From the NCBI RefSeq assembly GCF_014280195.1, contig NZ_CP047960.1, forward strand, positions 1,470,001-1,502,000: a stretch of 32,000 nucleotides of DNA. Reading direction: 5' to 3'. The notes under the pieces were generated by a model, which searched no databases, was not told the DNA's origin, and saw nothing but the letters and a program-made list of their open reading frames with translations. Of the stretch, positions 15,183 to 24,493 are shown piece by piece. Made by a program: the position numbers and the translations under genes. Within the stretch, counting starts at the first letter, position 1. The number at the start of each line of letters is the position of its first letter. Source of the DNA: Synechococcus sp. A15-24 (lineage in GTDB: Bacteria > Cyanobacteriota > Cyanobacteriia > PCC-6307 > Cyanobiaceae).

Positions 15183-17435
15183 TCAGTCTTCGGTGAACTG
15201 ACCGCTGCGCGCCAGGATCTCTTCCGCAGCACTGAAGTGAGGCTCGTCCAGCACCATATCAGGGTTGTAGCGGTAGTTCTCATGCAGAAACCTGGACTGG
15301 GTGACAGCGTCTTCAACGCCGTTGATGGCACCGACTGCCCGTGAACGAACGCTCTTCTGCTGCTCCAGGTCGTCGGAATGCAGAGAGACCTGCAATTCAT
15401 CACGCAGCACCGAAAGATGGGCTGCGCTTTTCACCACGCCGTAGATGCGTTGCACCCGATCCCGTTCGATCGACTCAACCCCCAGGGTGTGTGCCCGCTC
15501 CAGCTCCGAATCCAGGCTCGGCCAGTACCGGGAGGTGTAATACGCACCGGAGTCCTGGTGGTACCAGGATTCACTACGGGCGATGGAGGAGGACACGGTG
15601 TTGTGCAGCTTCCAGAGGAACAACCGCAGCGAATCACCATCGCTCACGCGCTCCAGCTTGTCCTGCAGGGAGACCTCCAGAGTGCTGCTGGCCTCATCCG
15701 ATCCCAGCAGCAGGTACTCAATCGGATACATCGACACCTCGCGATTACGCACCACGTAGCGATTGAGATGAAAGCGGCAGTAGGGGCAGGGATACATCGT
15801 GGCCAGTGCAGCAAAGAAGGCCTTGAACGTCTCCACCGATTGCTGCTGCTGCCCACCCGGTTGGGCGGCGATCAGTTCAGCACTGGTGTGCATGAAACGC
15901 CAGGTCGCCGGTCCGATGTAGTAAGGGAAACTCACCCGCATCTGGCTGGCCTCCACGTCATGCCGGCCGACGTGCAGATCCAGAAAGGCGACGTACTGGC
16001 AGAGGAAACCGGATTCACGCCCGAACTCCTCCCGCTCCCGGCGTTTCTGGACACCGTTGAGGTAATGGCGGGTCAGCTCCCAGGCCCGTTTTAGCTCCTT
16101 CTTGACCTCCAGAGGACGGGAGTTGAAGGCCTCCTCAGTGGCATGGCCGTAGAGATCAAACTCGCCGGCGGCATGGCGTTCAGCGAACCAGGCATTGAGA
16201 TCGGTGTCGTCGGCGTTATCCCAAGCGAAGATGTCGTCTTTGCTCAGAACCGAACTCGCCCGCAGCAGCAGTGGCATGAACTCGTCGTACCAGTAGGCCG
16301 TTGGCATGATCGAGCCGGCGAAGCGCTCATCACCGGGGTCGACGATCACCCGCTGCCAACTGTCGTGATAGGGACGTGTTGAAGCGGGTTTCTGATGATC
16401 CAGCTCAGCGGTGACCTCACGATGGTCATCAAGCTGCCGAAGGCGATTCAGCTCGTGGCTCTGAAGATCCTCATGGGTGACCTGATCCGGGCTGTGGCCA
16501 TGCAGTGCCGCCGTCAGCAACACCTCCAGCACCACGGACACGATCTGATGATGGTGGTCCAGCTCCGCCAGTTCCTGCTCCAGCCGGCCCTCCGCCTCCA
16601 GCATCGCTTCAGTGGGAGAGATCGACTCCCAGTTCGCCATGCGCTCGCGCAGGGCCTCTTCGGCACCATTCACAGAAGTCTTCAGGCTCTCGAACGGCTC
16701 TTCAGCGCCAGGCTCAACGATGCCGAGGGACAGGTAGAGATCAACGGCCGCATTCACGAACCGAACAAAGTCCGGAATCGTGTACGGCAGGTCGTAGGCC
16801 CGTAGGTGGGTCTCGGAATTGGCGGAGTAGCTCTCACGAAAACTGCGGTAAGCCGCCCCTTGGATCAGACGGAACCAACCGATCTGCATCTGCAACGGTG
16901 ACGTCCCCTTGTGATTGTTCAGACCACCCTGATTGCCTCGCCCTGCTGAAGAAGTACCGCGGGAGACCCCATGGGGATCCACCGCCCGGTGCCCGCCGCT
17001 GTAGGCGCGCGGATGCGCTTCAAATCCCTCTGGCAGGTAGTCCAGCAGTCGCTGGAGGTCGATCCGGTCAGAACCGTCCCGAGCGATTTCGATCGCAATG
17101 GCATCGGCCGTTTGCTCAGACACCTCAAACAGATGGATCAACCGCTTGAGATCCGCCAGCTCGATCCAGCCATCACCGTCCTGATCGAGCAAACGGAAGG
17201 CCTCACGTGCCTTGAGGCCGGCGTCACCCACCTGCAGTGCCAGCAGAAGGCGCCACTCCTGAAGACTGATGGCTCCATCCTTGAGCCGATACGCGTCAAT
17301 GGCACCGTTCAGGTCGTCCATGGTGAGATCCGCGCCGCTGGATTGCAGGCGGCCTGCCATCTGCCCCGCCGTCAACCCAGTGGGCGACAACCCTGAAAAG
17401 ACAGTTTCAAAGGCACTGGAGGAGAGAGAAGCCAC
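15183..17435 (-). CDS. EF-hand calcium-binding / Erv1-ALR-type FAD sulfhydryl-oxidase-like fusion protein
   Basis: 750 aa. EF-hand loop DQDGDGWIELADL plus flanking EF-like loops. The C-terminal blocks are TWRFMHTSAE, MYPCPYCRFH and LWKLHNTVS, in the order and spacing of the Erv/ALR fold. GTG start 33 nt after the mscS stop. Confidence 0.8.
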   Translation of the reverse strand: MASLSSSAFETVFSGLSPTGLTAGQMAGRLQSSGADLTMDDLNGAIDAYRLKDGAISLQEWRLLLALQVGDAGLKAREAFRLLDQDGDGWIELADLKRLIHLFEVSEQTADAIAIEIARDGSDRIDLQRLLDYLPEGFEAHPRAYSGGHRAVDPHGVSRGTSSAGRGNQGGLNNHKGTSPLQMQIGWFRLIQGAAYRSFRESYSANSETHLRAYDLPYTIPDFVRFVNAAVDLYLSLGIVEPGAEEPFESLKTSVNGAEEALRERMANWESISPTEAMLEAEGRLEQELAELDHHHQIVSVVLEVLLTAALHGHSPDQVTHEDLQSHELNRLRQLDDHREVTAELDHQKPASTRPYHDSWQRVIVDPGDERFAGSIMPTAYWYDEFMPLLLRASSVLSKDDIFAWDNADDTDLNAWFAERHAAGEFDLYGHATEEAFNSRPLEVKKELKRAWELTRHYLNGVQKRREREEFGRESGFLCQYVAFLDLHVGRHDVEASQMRVSFPYYIGPATWRFMHTSAELIAAQPGGQQQQSVETFKAFFAALATMYPCPYCRFHLNRYVVRNREVSMYPIEYLLLGSDEASSTLEVSLQDKLERVSDGDSLRLFLWKLHNTVSSSIARSESWYHQDSGAYYTSRYWPSLDSELERAHTLGVESIERDRVQRIYGVVKSAAHLSVLRDELQVSLHSDDLEQQKSVRSRAVGAINGVEDAVTQSRFLHENYRYNPDMVLDEPHFSAAEEILARSGQFTED

Positions 17436-17468
17436 AAGGATTGGTCCGATGTCGGAACGGTAATGAGA

Positions 17469-19216
17469 TCAACGGCCTCCGGCCGTTAGCGGCAGCACGC
17501 TGCCCAGATCCAATCCGTCTGCCAGCTGATCCCCTCGGCGATGCAACGCCCGCAGAGCACGGCGTTGAAACTCCCGCTCCGTCGTCCATTGCTCGCCGGC
17601 GCGGGTCACCAGCAACACCTGCATCTGAACCCCAAGAGCCGTGGTGCGCTTGACGCCCCGCAGGATCGGATCCCCCAGCAGCCGGCTGCCCCACACAGGG
17701 TCGAGAGAGAAGTCCTCGATCTCGAGCGCCAGGGTTCTGTAGACAATCTCCAGATCCGTTTGTCGATGTGAAATCACAAACGTGACCAGACTTCCCGAGC
17801 GCAGCTTCGTGTGGTTCCGCATCTGCAGGATCGAGGAGTTGTCGAGGATGTTCATCCGTTGGTCCAGGCAGCGGATCTGGGTGCTGAACAGGCCCATCTC
17901 AATCACTTCTCCCTCGATGCCCTCCACCTCGATCCAGTCGCCGATGGCGTAGCGGTCCTCCAGCAGCATCACCAACCCTGCAGAAAAATCCCTCAGCAAT
18001 CCCTGGAACACAAACGCCAGCGCTCCCAGCAAGGCACCACCGGCCAGCAACAGCGACACCGACGCGGAACGAACGCCAGGGATATCCAGCAGCACCCAGA
18101 GCAGCACCACCCCGATCCCGACCACGTTGATCAACCGATGCGTTGTGCTCAGCAAACTGCAATAGCGCTGCTGACGCCGGGCCTGAAGCCGCTGAGGAAC
18201 ATCCACATCCGCCGCCCACTGGCTGAGCAGGAAAGTGCTCAAGCTGCGCAGCAGGAACGCTGCCAGCGTTACCGCCAGAAACTTGATCACAGCAAGCGAT
18301 GGCTGCAACACCAGCTCAATCCCCAGGGGAACCTGACTGGGGATCGCCACCACCACCACACCGAACATCAGCACCAGCAGGTAGAGCATCAGCAACAGCA
18401 CGCCGATGCTCAGGGCCTGTTCTGCGTGCAACCGAGTTTCGCTCCTGCGATCAGAACGCCCCCGGGTCCGCAGCTCACCATGCAGGCGTGAAGTGCGTTG
18501 CCGTAGTCGCCGCCAGAGCAGCAACATCGCCGCAAACAACAGCAGCAGCAGCAGTTCCAACACCAAGGCCAGACGGAAGCGTCGGGCCAACTGCGGCGGT
18601 GCATAGATCCGGCGGGCATGGTTCAGCCGCTCCTCCAGGTGTTCCCGCCAGGCCTGGGCCAGGGCCAACTCCCGTGCCCCATTGATCTCCGCATCGGCAC
18701 GGGTCACGGTCAACAGCGGGAAGGGTTGCTTGCGTCCCGGCAGCCGTGCCGCCAGCTCATAGGGACCACTGCCGTTCCGCAGCACCTCCAGGGTCAACGG
18801 CGTGCCGGACCGATCCAGGCCGTAGCGCTGACCAGCCGTGCAGACGTGCGCATCGGACTGAAGAAGGCTGTCCAGCATCCACTCGCTGAGCCGCTCGCTG
18901 AAACTGCAGAGCTGGTTTGGGTCGTAAAGAGCGCGCAGATTGCCTTCAATCACCCTGGCTCTCACCGAGGCCTCAATCCCGCGCTGGTCCCCCAGCTGCA
19001 CCGGGCTGGCGACGGTGATGGCGGGCACCCCGAGAATCCGGACCTTGGCCAGCTTGAATTTCCTTCGAACTGCGCCTGCTTGTCCTGCTGTTGAGCAGGA
19101 GATCCCGCCGGACCGGTCGGGATGAAATCCAGTATCGACGCCTGAGCCACAAGCGGCATCAGGGCCAACAGCACTGCCGTTGACCAGAGCCCCAGGCGTC
19201 GTCTGAGACGGAACAC
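17469..19216 (-). CDS. MscS-family mechanosensitive channel; the N-terminus appears frameshifted
   Basis: MscS beta-domain block AIGDWIEVEGIEGEVIEMGLFSTQIR, with multiple TM helices upstream. A good signal peptide (MFRLRRRLGLWSTAVLLALMPLVAQA, GTG at 19216) is in a different frame from the channel body. The body frame is open from 19307 and overlaps maf. Confidence 0.75.
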
Positions 19217-19219
19217 GGC

Positions 19220-19864
19220 TCAACCTGGCGTTAATGAATTCATTGTGCTGTCCCTGAGAATGGATCGCAGCCAAGGCAGGCTCAGGCCGATCACGTTGGA
19301 ATAACAACCTTCCAAACCGGCAATCAAAGGAGCCCCGCGGCCCTCGAGGGCGAAACCGCCGGCACAGTGAAGCGGCTCTCCGGTGGCGACATAGGCCTGG
19401 ATCTCTTTTTCAGTTATTGCAGCGAAATGGACGCGGGTGCTGACGCAGGCCAGGCGGTTCTCGCCGCTGCGAACCAGCAGGGCGTGCCCGGTGAGCAACT
19501 CGCCGCTGCCTCCGGCCATGCGCCGCCAGCGCGCAGCAGCTTCCTCCGCATCCTGCGGTTTGCCAAACACCTCCCCCTCGAACAGCAGAAGCGAATCGCA
19601 CCCCAACACCAAGGAGATCTCAGCGTCGCTTCCGTCCGAAACAGCTTTGGCCTTCGCCAAGGCCAACTGCTGCACCAGCTGGGCGGGGTCGTCGTTCTTG
19701 ATGGTGCTTTCATCCACTCCGCTGACGCGCACGCGATGGGGAATCTGCGCCAGTTCAAGCAGCCGGCGGCGAGCCGGCGAGGCAGAGGCCAGAAGCAGCA
19801 CAGAATCACTCCGCTGGGAACACTCCGTAGGCTGCCAACACTGGGGGATTCCGCCATCGAACAT
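19220..19864 (-). CDS. maf: Maf-like nucleoside-triphosphate pyrophosphatase / septum formation protein
   Basis: N-terminal [14 protein letters not shown] block and the C-terminal Maf fold sequence. The start is at an internal ATG (19864 or 19894). The upstream part of the 343-aa track ORF is not Maf-like. Confidence 0.85.
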   Translation of the reverse strand: MFDGGIPQCWQPTECSQRSDSVLLLASASPARRRLLELAQIPHRVRVSGVDESTIKNDDPAQLVQQLALAKAKAVSDGSDAEISLVLGCDSLLLFEGEVFGKPQDAEEAAARWRRMAGGSGELLTGHALLVRSGENRLACVSTRVHFAAITEKEIQAYVATGEPLHCAGGFALEGRGAPLIAGLEGCYSNVIGLSLPWLRSILRDSTMNSLTPG

Positions 19865-19912
19865 CCCACTGAGCTTCTTGATCAACGCAGCCATGCGCGT
19901 GCCCTGCGCTCG

Positions 19913-20236
19913 ATGCGCTGCCTGCCCTTCGCGGCGGAGCTCTACCGGGAGCTTCAGCAGCAGGGGCTGGATGCCCACACCATCTGGCAAAACAGGTCTC
20001 GCTTTGGCCGTGGCCCGTCCTGGCCAGGCGATGGGGAACGACTGGAAGACGACCTGCGCTGGCTGATCACCGTTGGTGTGCTGCGACGGGAAGTGGACGG
20101 CCAGGGGCTCACCAGTCGCTTTCGGCTCACCCCCCTCGGACGTGACCTGCTGGATAGCCATCAGGCTGAGCTGCTGAAGCCAGCGGACTGGAACGATCGC
20201 TTGCGGCATGCGCTGCGGCGCCGCTGGCCCTTTTGA
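19913..20236 (+). CDS. Conserved hypothetical protein, 107 aa
   Basis: ATG at 19913, divergent from maf. The stop overlaps the cobQ start. The sequence is protein-like (…[33 protein letters not shown]). The upstream 180 codons of the track ORF are antisense to maf and are rejected. Confidence 0.5.
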   Translation: MRCLPFAAELYRELQQQGLDAHTIWQNRSRFGRGPSWPGDGERLEDDLRWLITVGVLRREVDGQGLTSRFRLTPLGRDLLDSHQAELLKPADWNDRLRHALRRRWPF

Positions 20237-21708
20237 CCGGCAAGCGGCCACTGATGGTGCTGGGGACCTCCAGTGGGGCCGGCAAATCCCTGATGACAGC
20301 AGCCCTCTGCAGGGTGCTGCACCGCCGCGGTGAACAACCGCTGCCCTTCAAGGGGCAGAACATGAGCAACAACGCCTGGGTGGATGCCGACGGCGGCGAG
20401 ATGGCGTACTCCCAGGCGATGCAGGCCTGGGCCGCCCGTCTGGAGCCTTGCTGTGCCATGAATCCCGTGCTGCTCAAGCCACGGGGCGACAGCACCAGTG
20501 AGGTGATCCACGGCGGCAACAGCGTTGGCCTGGCCCGAGCGGAGCACTACTACCGCGACTGGTTCCGTCCTGGCTGGCAGGCGATCCGTGAAGGGCTGCA
20601 GACCTTGCAACAGCGATGGCCCAACGGTCGGCTGGTGCTGGAGGGGGCCGGCAGTCCGGTGGAGGTGAATCTGCAACGACGGGACCTCACCAACCTGCGG
20701 CTGGCCCAATACCTGCGAGCCAACTGCCTGCTGGTGGCGGACATTGAACGTGGCGGCGTGTTCGCACAGATCGTCGGAACGCTGGAACTACTACGCCCGG
20801 TGGAACGGCCGTTGATCAAAGGGATCCTGATCAACCGCTTCCGCGGCCGGCGGGAGTTGTTCGATGAAGGACGCACCTGGCTGGAGGAGCACACCGGTGT
20901 GCCGGTGCTGGGGGTGATGCCCTGGCTCAACTATCTGTTTCCGCCGGAGGATTCCCTCGATCTGCTGGAGCGCAAACCCAACCGAGGACCCACCGATCTG
21001 GAGATCGCAGTCCTGAAACTGCCGTCGATCAGCAACTTCTCCGATCTGGACCCCCTGGAGGCGGAACCCAGCCTGCGGCTGCGCTGGGTGCACCCTGGCG
21101 ACACCCTCGGAAGCCCTGATGCCGTGCTGCTGCCTGGCAGCAAGCAGACGCTGAACGACCTCACTGTTTTGAAAACATCTGGCCTGGCCGACCAGATCAG
21201 ACGCTATGCCGATCACGGGGGGAACGTCTTCGGTATCTGCGGAGGTATGCAGTTGATGGGAGAGCAGCTCGAGGATCCAGATCAACTGGAAGGAGGTGCG
21301 TTGCAAGCAAGTGGTCTGGGTTTGTTGCCACTGATCACGCAATTCACGACGTCCAAGGTCTTGCGTCAACGTGAGGTTGAATTGAGCTGGCCGATTAGAA
21401 CAACGGTGCAGGGATATGAACTGCATCAGGGTCTGACGCATCCAACGGAACGATCACTGGCGGCGTCAATCAGTGAGGAAGAAGGCCTGGGTTGGCACGT
21501 TCAGGGGAACAATGCCGGCACCTACCTGCACGGAATTTTCGATAACGGAAGCTGGAGACGCAGCTGGATTAACCGCCTAAGAACTGCAAAACAATTGCCA
21601 TCACTTCCACTTGATCAACCGCATCACGCATTACAGCGAGAACAACTGCTTAACCGATTAGCAACATCATTCGACGAGCACGTGCAATGGCACAAGCTAC
21701 TGCAATAA
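20233..21708 (+). CDS. cobQ: Cobyric acid synthase
   Basis: N-terminal GTSSGAGKS nucleotide loop. C-terminal CobB/CobQ-type GATase with [11 protein letters not shown] and YLHGIF. TTG start at 20233, alternative ATG at 20254. Confidence 0.9.
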   Translation: MTGKRPLMVLGTSSGAGKSLMTAALCRVLHRRGEQPLPFKGQNMSNNAWVDADGGEMAYSQAMQAWAARLEPCCAMNPVLLKPRGDSTSEVIHGGNSVGLARAEHYYRDWFRPGWQAIREGLQTLQQRWPNGRLVLEGAGSPVEVNLQRRDLTNLRLAQYLRANCLLVADIERGGVFAQIVGTLELLRPVERPLIKGILINRFRGRRELFDEGRTWLEEHTGVPVLGVMPWLNYLFPPEDSLDLLERKPNRGPTDLEIAVLKLPSISNFSDLDPLEAEPSLRLRWVHPGDTLGSPDAVLLPGSKQTLNDLTVLKTSGLADQIRRYADHGGNVFGICGGMQLMGEQLEDPDQLEGGALQASGLGLLPLITQFTTSKVLRQREVELSWPIRTTVQGYELHQGLTHPTERSLAASISEEEGLGWHVQGNNAGTYLHGIFDNGSWRRSWINRLRTAKQLPSLPLDQPHHALQREQLLNRLATSFDEHVQWHKLLQ

Positions 21709-21762
21709 TTTAACAATATCAAAACTCTAAGTACACTCGCGCAAAGTAGAGCTTACAAAACA

Positions 21763-22937
21763 GTGACTCTCATGGCTCATTCTGTTACCGCCGAACAATC
21801 TCTCCCTACAGAACAGTCCATCGATCACATCTTGAATTGGTGTGGAGTTTTACTCGACTGCGAGACCCATCGGGAAAATTTTTTCAGTCGCCCCACGGGC
21901 CAGCAGATTTTCTACTGGATGTACGCGGGGCCTACGCAACTTGTCAATATTAATCGGAGAGGAACATCTGGTTCGGTAGAAATCGAAGCAATCCAAGTAC
22001 GAGACGAGGATTACCAATGGGCCGTTGATGTCTTTGATACACTTGATTACTATTTAGAACCTGAATTTGTATTAATCAACGATATCAATCAAGCCGATTT
22101 AAGGCTTTGGGGAACCAGTGGTCACAATTTAATAAGTGAAACCAGCACATTATTTGGCTTTGCCACACCATTCAACGCCGACGAAAAGGGATATGTTGAC
22201 GTTGTTGTCAATGTAGAAGCGGGGAACTTATCCGGCGTCACTGCTGACTTCGCCCCTGAGAACACAAACACAGCTCTTCATGAGATTGGCCACGCACTTG
22301 GACTGAGTCACCCAGGGGTTTACGGCAAAGACCTTCCGAACTGGGAATTATATGACTCCGAAGACACGATTATGAGTTACAACAAGCCTGAAGATGGCAT
22401 TCATGCAGGCTTTTACAGCGAAGGTGACATCCTGGCATTACAAGAGATCTGGGGAGCTGAAGGCAGCTACAAAGCTCCGCCTCAATCTGAGTCAAAAGGC
22501 TCCGGGGGAAGTACTCCAGAAAATAACGACATTGAGTTTATTTACGCCATAGCAGGCAAGGGAAAATTAAAAGGCAATACCAAACATTCGACTAATTACA
22601 TTTTCGATGGCCTTGATGTATTTGGGAAAAAGGTGCTGACAAAATCACTAAGTTCATCCCCAGCTCAGGCGACTCCCTAATCTTCACAACCAATGCATTG
22701 CCTGAGCTCGCCAATCGAGAGCAATTCTTTTTCAATACCGCTAAAAACAAAAAACAGCTCAAAAAATTCTCTAAAGAGTGCTACGACTTTGTTTATTATC
22801 AGAAAAAGGGGATGCTTTACTTTGACGGCAACTGCGAAGCCGAGGGCTGGGGCTCAACCGCCGAGGGAGGATTAATCGCTATATTGAAAAACAAACCTGA
22901 GCTCACAATTGACAATCTGACAGTTGAAATTATTTAG
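21763..22937 (+). pseudogene. Serralysin-like (M10 metzincin) metalloprotease with an RTX-style C-terminal domain, interrupted by a 1-nt frameshift
   Basis: HEIGHALGLSHP zinc site, Met-turn TIMSYN and DILALQEIWG lie in frame 1. The C-terminal continuation ADKITKFIPSSGDSLIF...VYYQKKGMLYFDGN...LTIDNL lies in the -1 frame. The two frames can only join at the A5 run at 22627-22631. Confidence 0.7.
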
Positions 22938-22943
22938 GATCAT

Positions 22944-23246
22944 TTGAAGATTGTTTTCAACTATTCACAACGCACCTTTAAAAACAACCCTCCTTTGTCA
23001 ACCACTACAAGAAAAGTTCATGTTCTTTGGCCCAACGGCCACCAGACCATCGAGTCAATCGGCACCGACTGGCTGCAGGCCGCAGCAGACGCGGGGATTG
23101 CCATTCCCACCGGTTGCCTCGGCGGCAGTTGCGGCGCCTGTGAAATCGAGGTGAACGGCAAGGTGGTGCGGGCCTGTATCAGCACGGTGCCACCATCAAA
23201 ATCCAGGCAGTTAACCGTGGAATTCGCCACGGACCCCTACTGGTGA
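22944..23246 (+). CDS. Plant-type 2Fe-2S ferredoxin-like protein
   Basis: Cys pattern C-x4-C-x2-C...C in PTGCLGGSCGACEIEVNGKVVRAC. The start is uncertain (TTG at 22944 or a downstream TTG). The stop overlaps the next gene's start (GTGA). Confidence 0.7.
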   Translation: MKIVFNYSQRTFKNNPPLSTTTRKVHVLWPNGHQTIESIGTDWLQAAADAGIAIPTGCLGGSCGACEIEVNGKVVRACISTVPPSKSRQLTVEFATDPYW

Positions 23247-24493
23247 CTCAACTTCGTCTCAGTGTGCTGGCTTTGCTCACTGGAGCCATCAGTGGAGCAG
23301 GCGTCGCTCTGTTCATGGCACTGATCGGACTGATCACCCGACAGCTCTGGGGAGATCCGGTGGTGGAAGGACTGGAACGGCAGATTCCATTGGTTTGGTC
23401 GATCACGATCTGCGGAGGCATCGGCCTGGTGCTCAGCCAACTCCATCGCGCCGGTGACCACACACTGCTGCCGGAACTGCCGGAGACGATCGCCGATCTA
23501 CGGGAGCCAGACCATGCTCCGCCACGGGACAACAGACGAGCCATCCTCGGCGCCGCTCTGGCCCAGATTGGCGGCGGCAGCATCGGCCCGGAAGCCCTGA
23601 TGACCCGTCTGGCTGCCTTGATCAGCCAAAGGATCTTGCGGGGCCGAGACCATGAGCTAAAATTCGTCGCCGCCGCTGGCAGTCTCGGCCTGTTCGGCTT
23701 TCCGCTCCTGGGGGGAGCCGTCGTTCAGACCCGTCAGCGCCGAGATCTGATCGCTCGCTGGATCCCTGGCGCCCTGGGGGGCTTGGCCGGCTTTGCTGCC
23801 TTCCATGGCATCAACGAGGCCAGTGGCGGCAGCCTGCAACGCATGGCCTACAGCTGGCCCAGCAACCTGGGGGAAGATCTGGGCACCCTCAGCTCAGGTG
23901 CCCTGGCAGGCGTGGTGGGGTGGGGGCTCGGCTGGCTGCTGCTGCGCTGGCGAACGTTGCTTGAGCGGCGGCAACTCCTGGCCCACTGGTGCTGGTGGCC
24001 TGCGCTGACGGGACTGTTGCTGGGCATCACAATGCACTGGCTGCCGCTGGTGCCCTTCGCCGGAGAGGAGCAACTGCGTCCCCTGCTGGAGGGTGCAGGC
24101 GGCACAAGTGCCTTTCTTCTCATCATTTCGGCGCTCGTCAAACTGGTGCTGGTGGGCCTCTGCCTGGAGACCGGCTGGCGCGGAGGCATCTTCTTTCCGC
24201 TGTTCCTGATCGCCTGCGCTGTGGGTGTGGGTCTGCACGACCTCTGGCCAGGCCTGGGCAGCCTGGGGAGTTGGTGCGGCGGCATCACTGGCGCGATCTA
24301 TCTCACGGTGCTGCGCTCACCCCTCGTCGCTCTCATTCTTGGGCTGGGTTTGCTGCAGGGCCATGGCGCCACTGGCGTGGTGGTGGGTGTGGCCATGGCC
24401 TGGCTGATCACGCACCGCTCGCCACCGGGTGATGGCCCTCCACGTGCCCAGCAAACACCCGACTCGCCCGGATGTCCGGAGCCTCAATGGTGA
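23243..24493 (+). CDS. Divergent ClC (chloride channel) family membrane protein
   Basis: 416 aa, polytopic. ClC-like blocks are GGGSIGPE (compare GSGIPE), [16 protein letters not shown] (compare GAAAGLAAAFNAPLAG) and [15 protein letters not shown] (compare GGIFAP). No GREGP gating-glutamate block was seen. Confidence 0.7.
   Translation: MTQLRLSVLALLTGAISGAGVALFMALIGLITRQLWGDPVVEGLERQIPLVWSITICGGIGLVLSQLHRAGDHTLLPELPETIADLREPDHAPPRDNRRAILGAALAQIGGGSIGPEALMTRLAALISQRILRGRDHELKFVAAAGSLGLFGFPLLGGAVVQTRQRRDLIARWIPGALGGLAGFAAFHGINEASGGSLQRMAYSWPSNLGEDLGTLSSGALAGVVGWGLGWLLLRWRTLLERRQLLAHWCWWPALTGLLLGITMHWLPLVPFAGEEQLRPLLEGAGGTSAFLLIISALVKLVLVGLCLETGWRGGIFFPLFLIACAVGVGLHDLWPGLGSLGSWCGGITGAIYLTVLRSPLVALILGLGLLQGHGATGVVVGVAMAWLITHRSPPGDGPPRAQQTPDSPGCPEPQW

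Noticed and set aside
19367-19912. N-terminal 180 codons of the 289-aa plus-strand ORF, and the first 129 codons (19865-20251) of the 343-aa maf track ORF.
   Set aside because: Each extension is merely the antisense of the real divergent neighbour gene. Only the parts downstream of the internal ATGs (19913 plus strand; 19864 or 19894 minus strand) look like real proteins.
20100-20260. Cobalamin riboswitch upstream of cobQ.
   Set aside because: cobQ starts within or overlapping the preceding ORF, so there is no leader. No B12-box-like sequence was seen.
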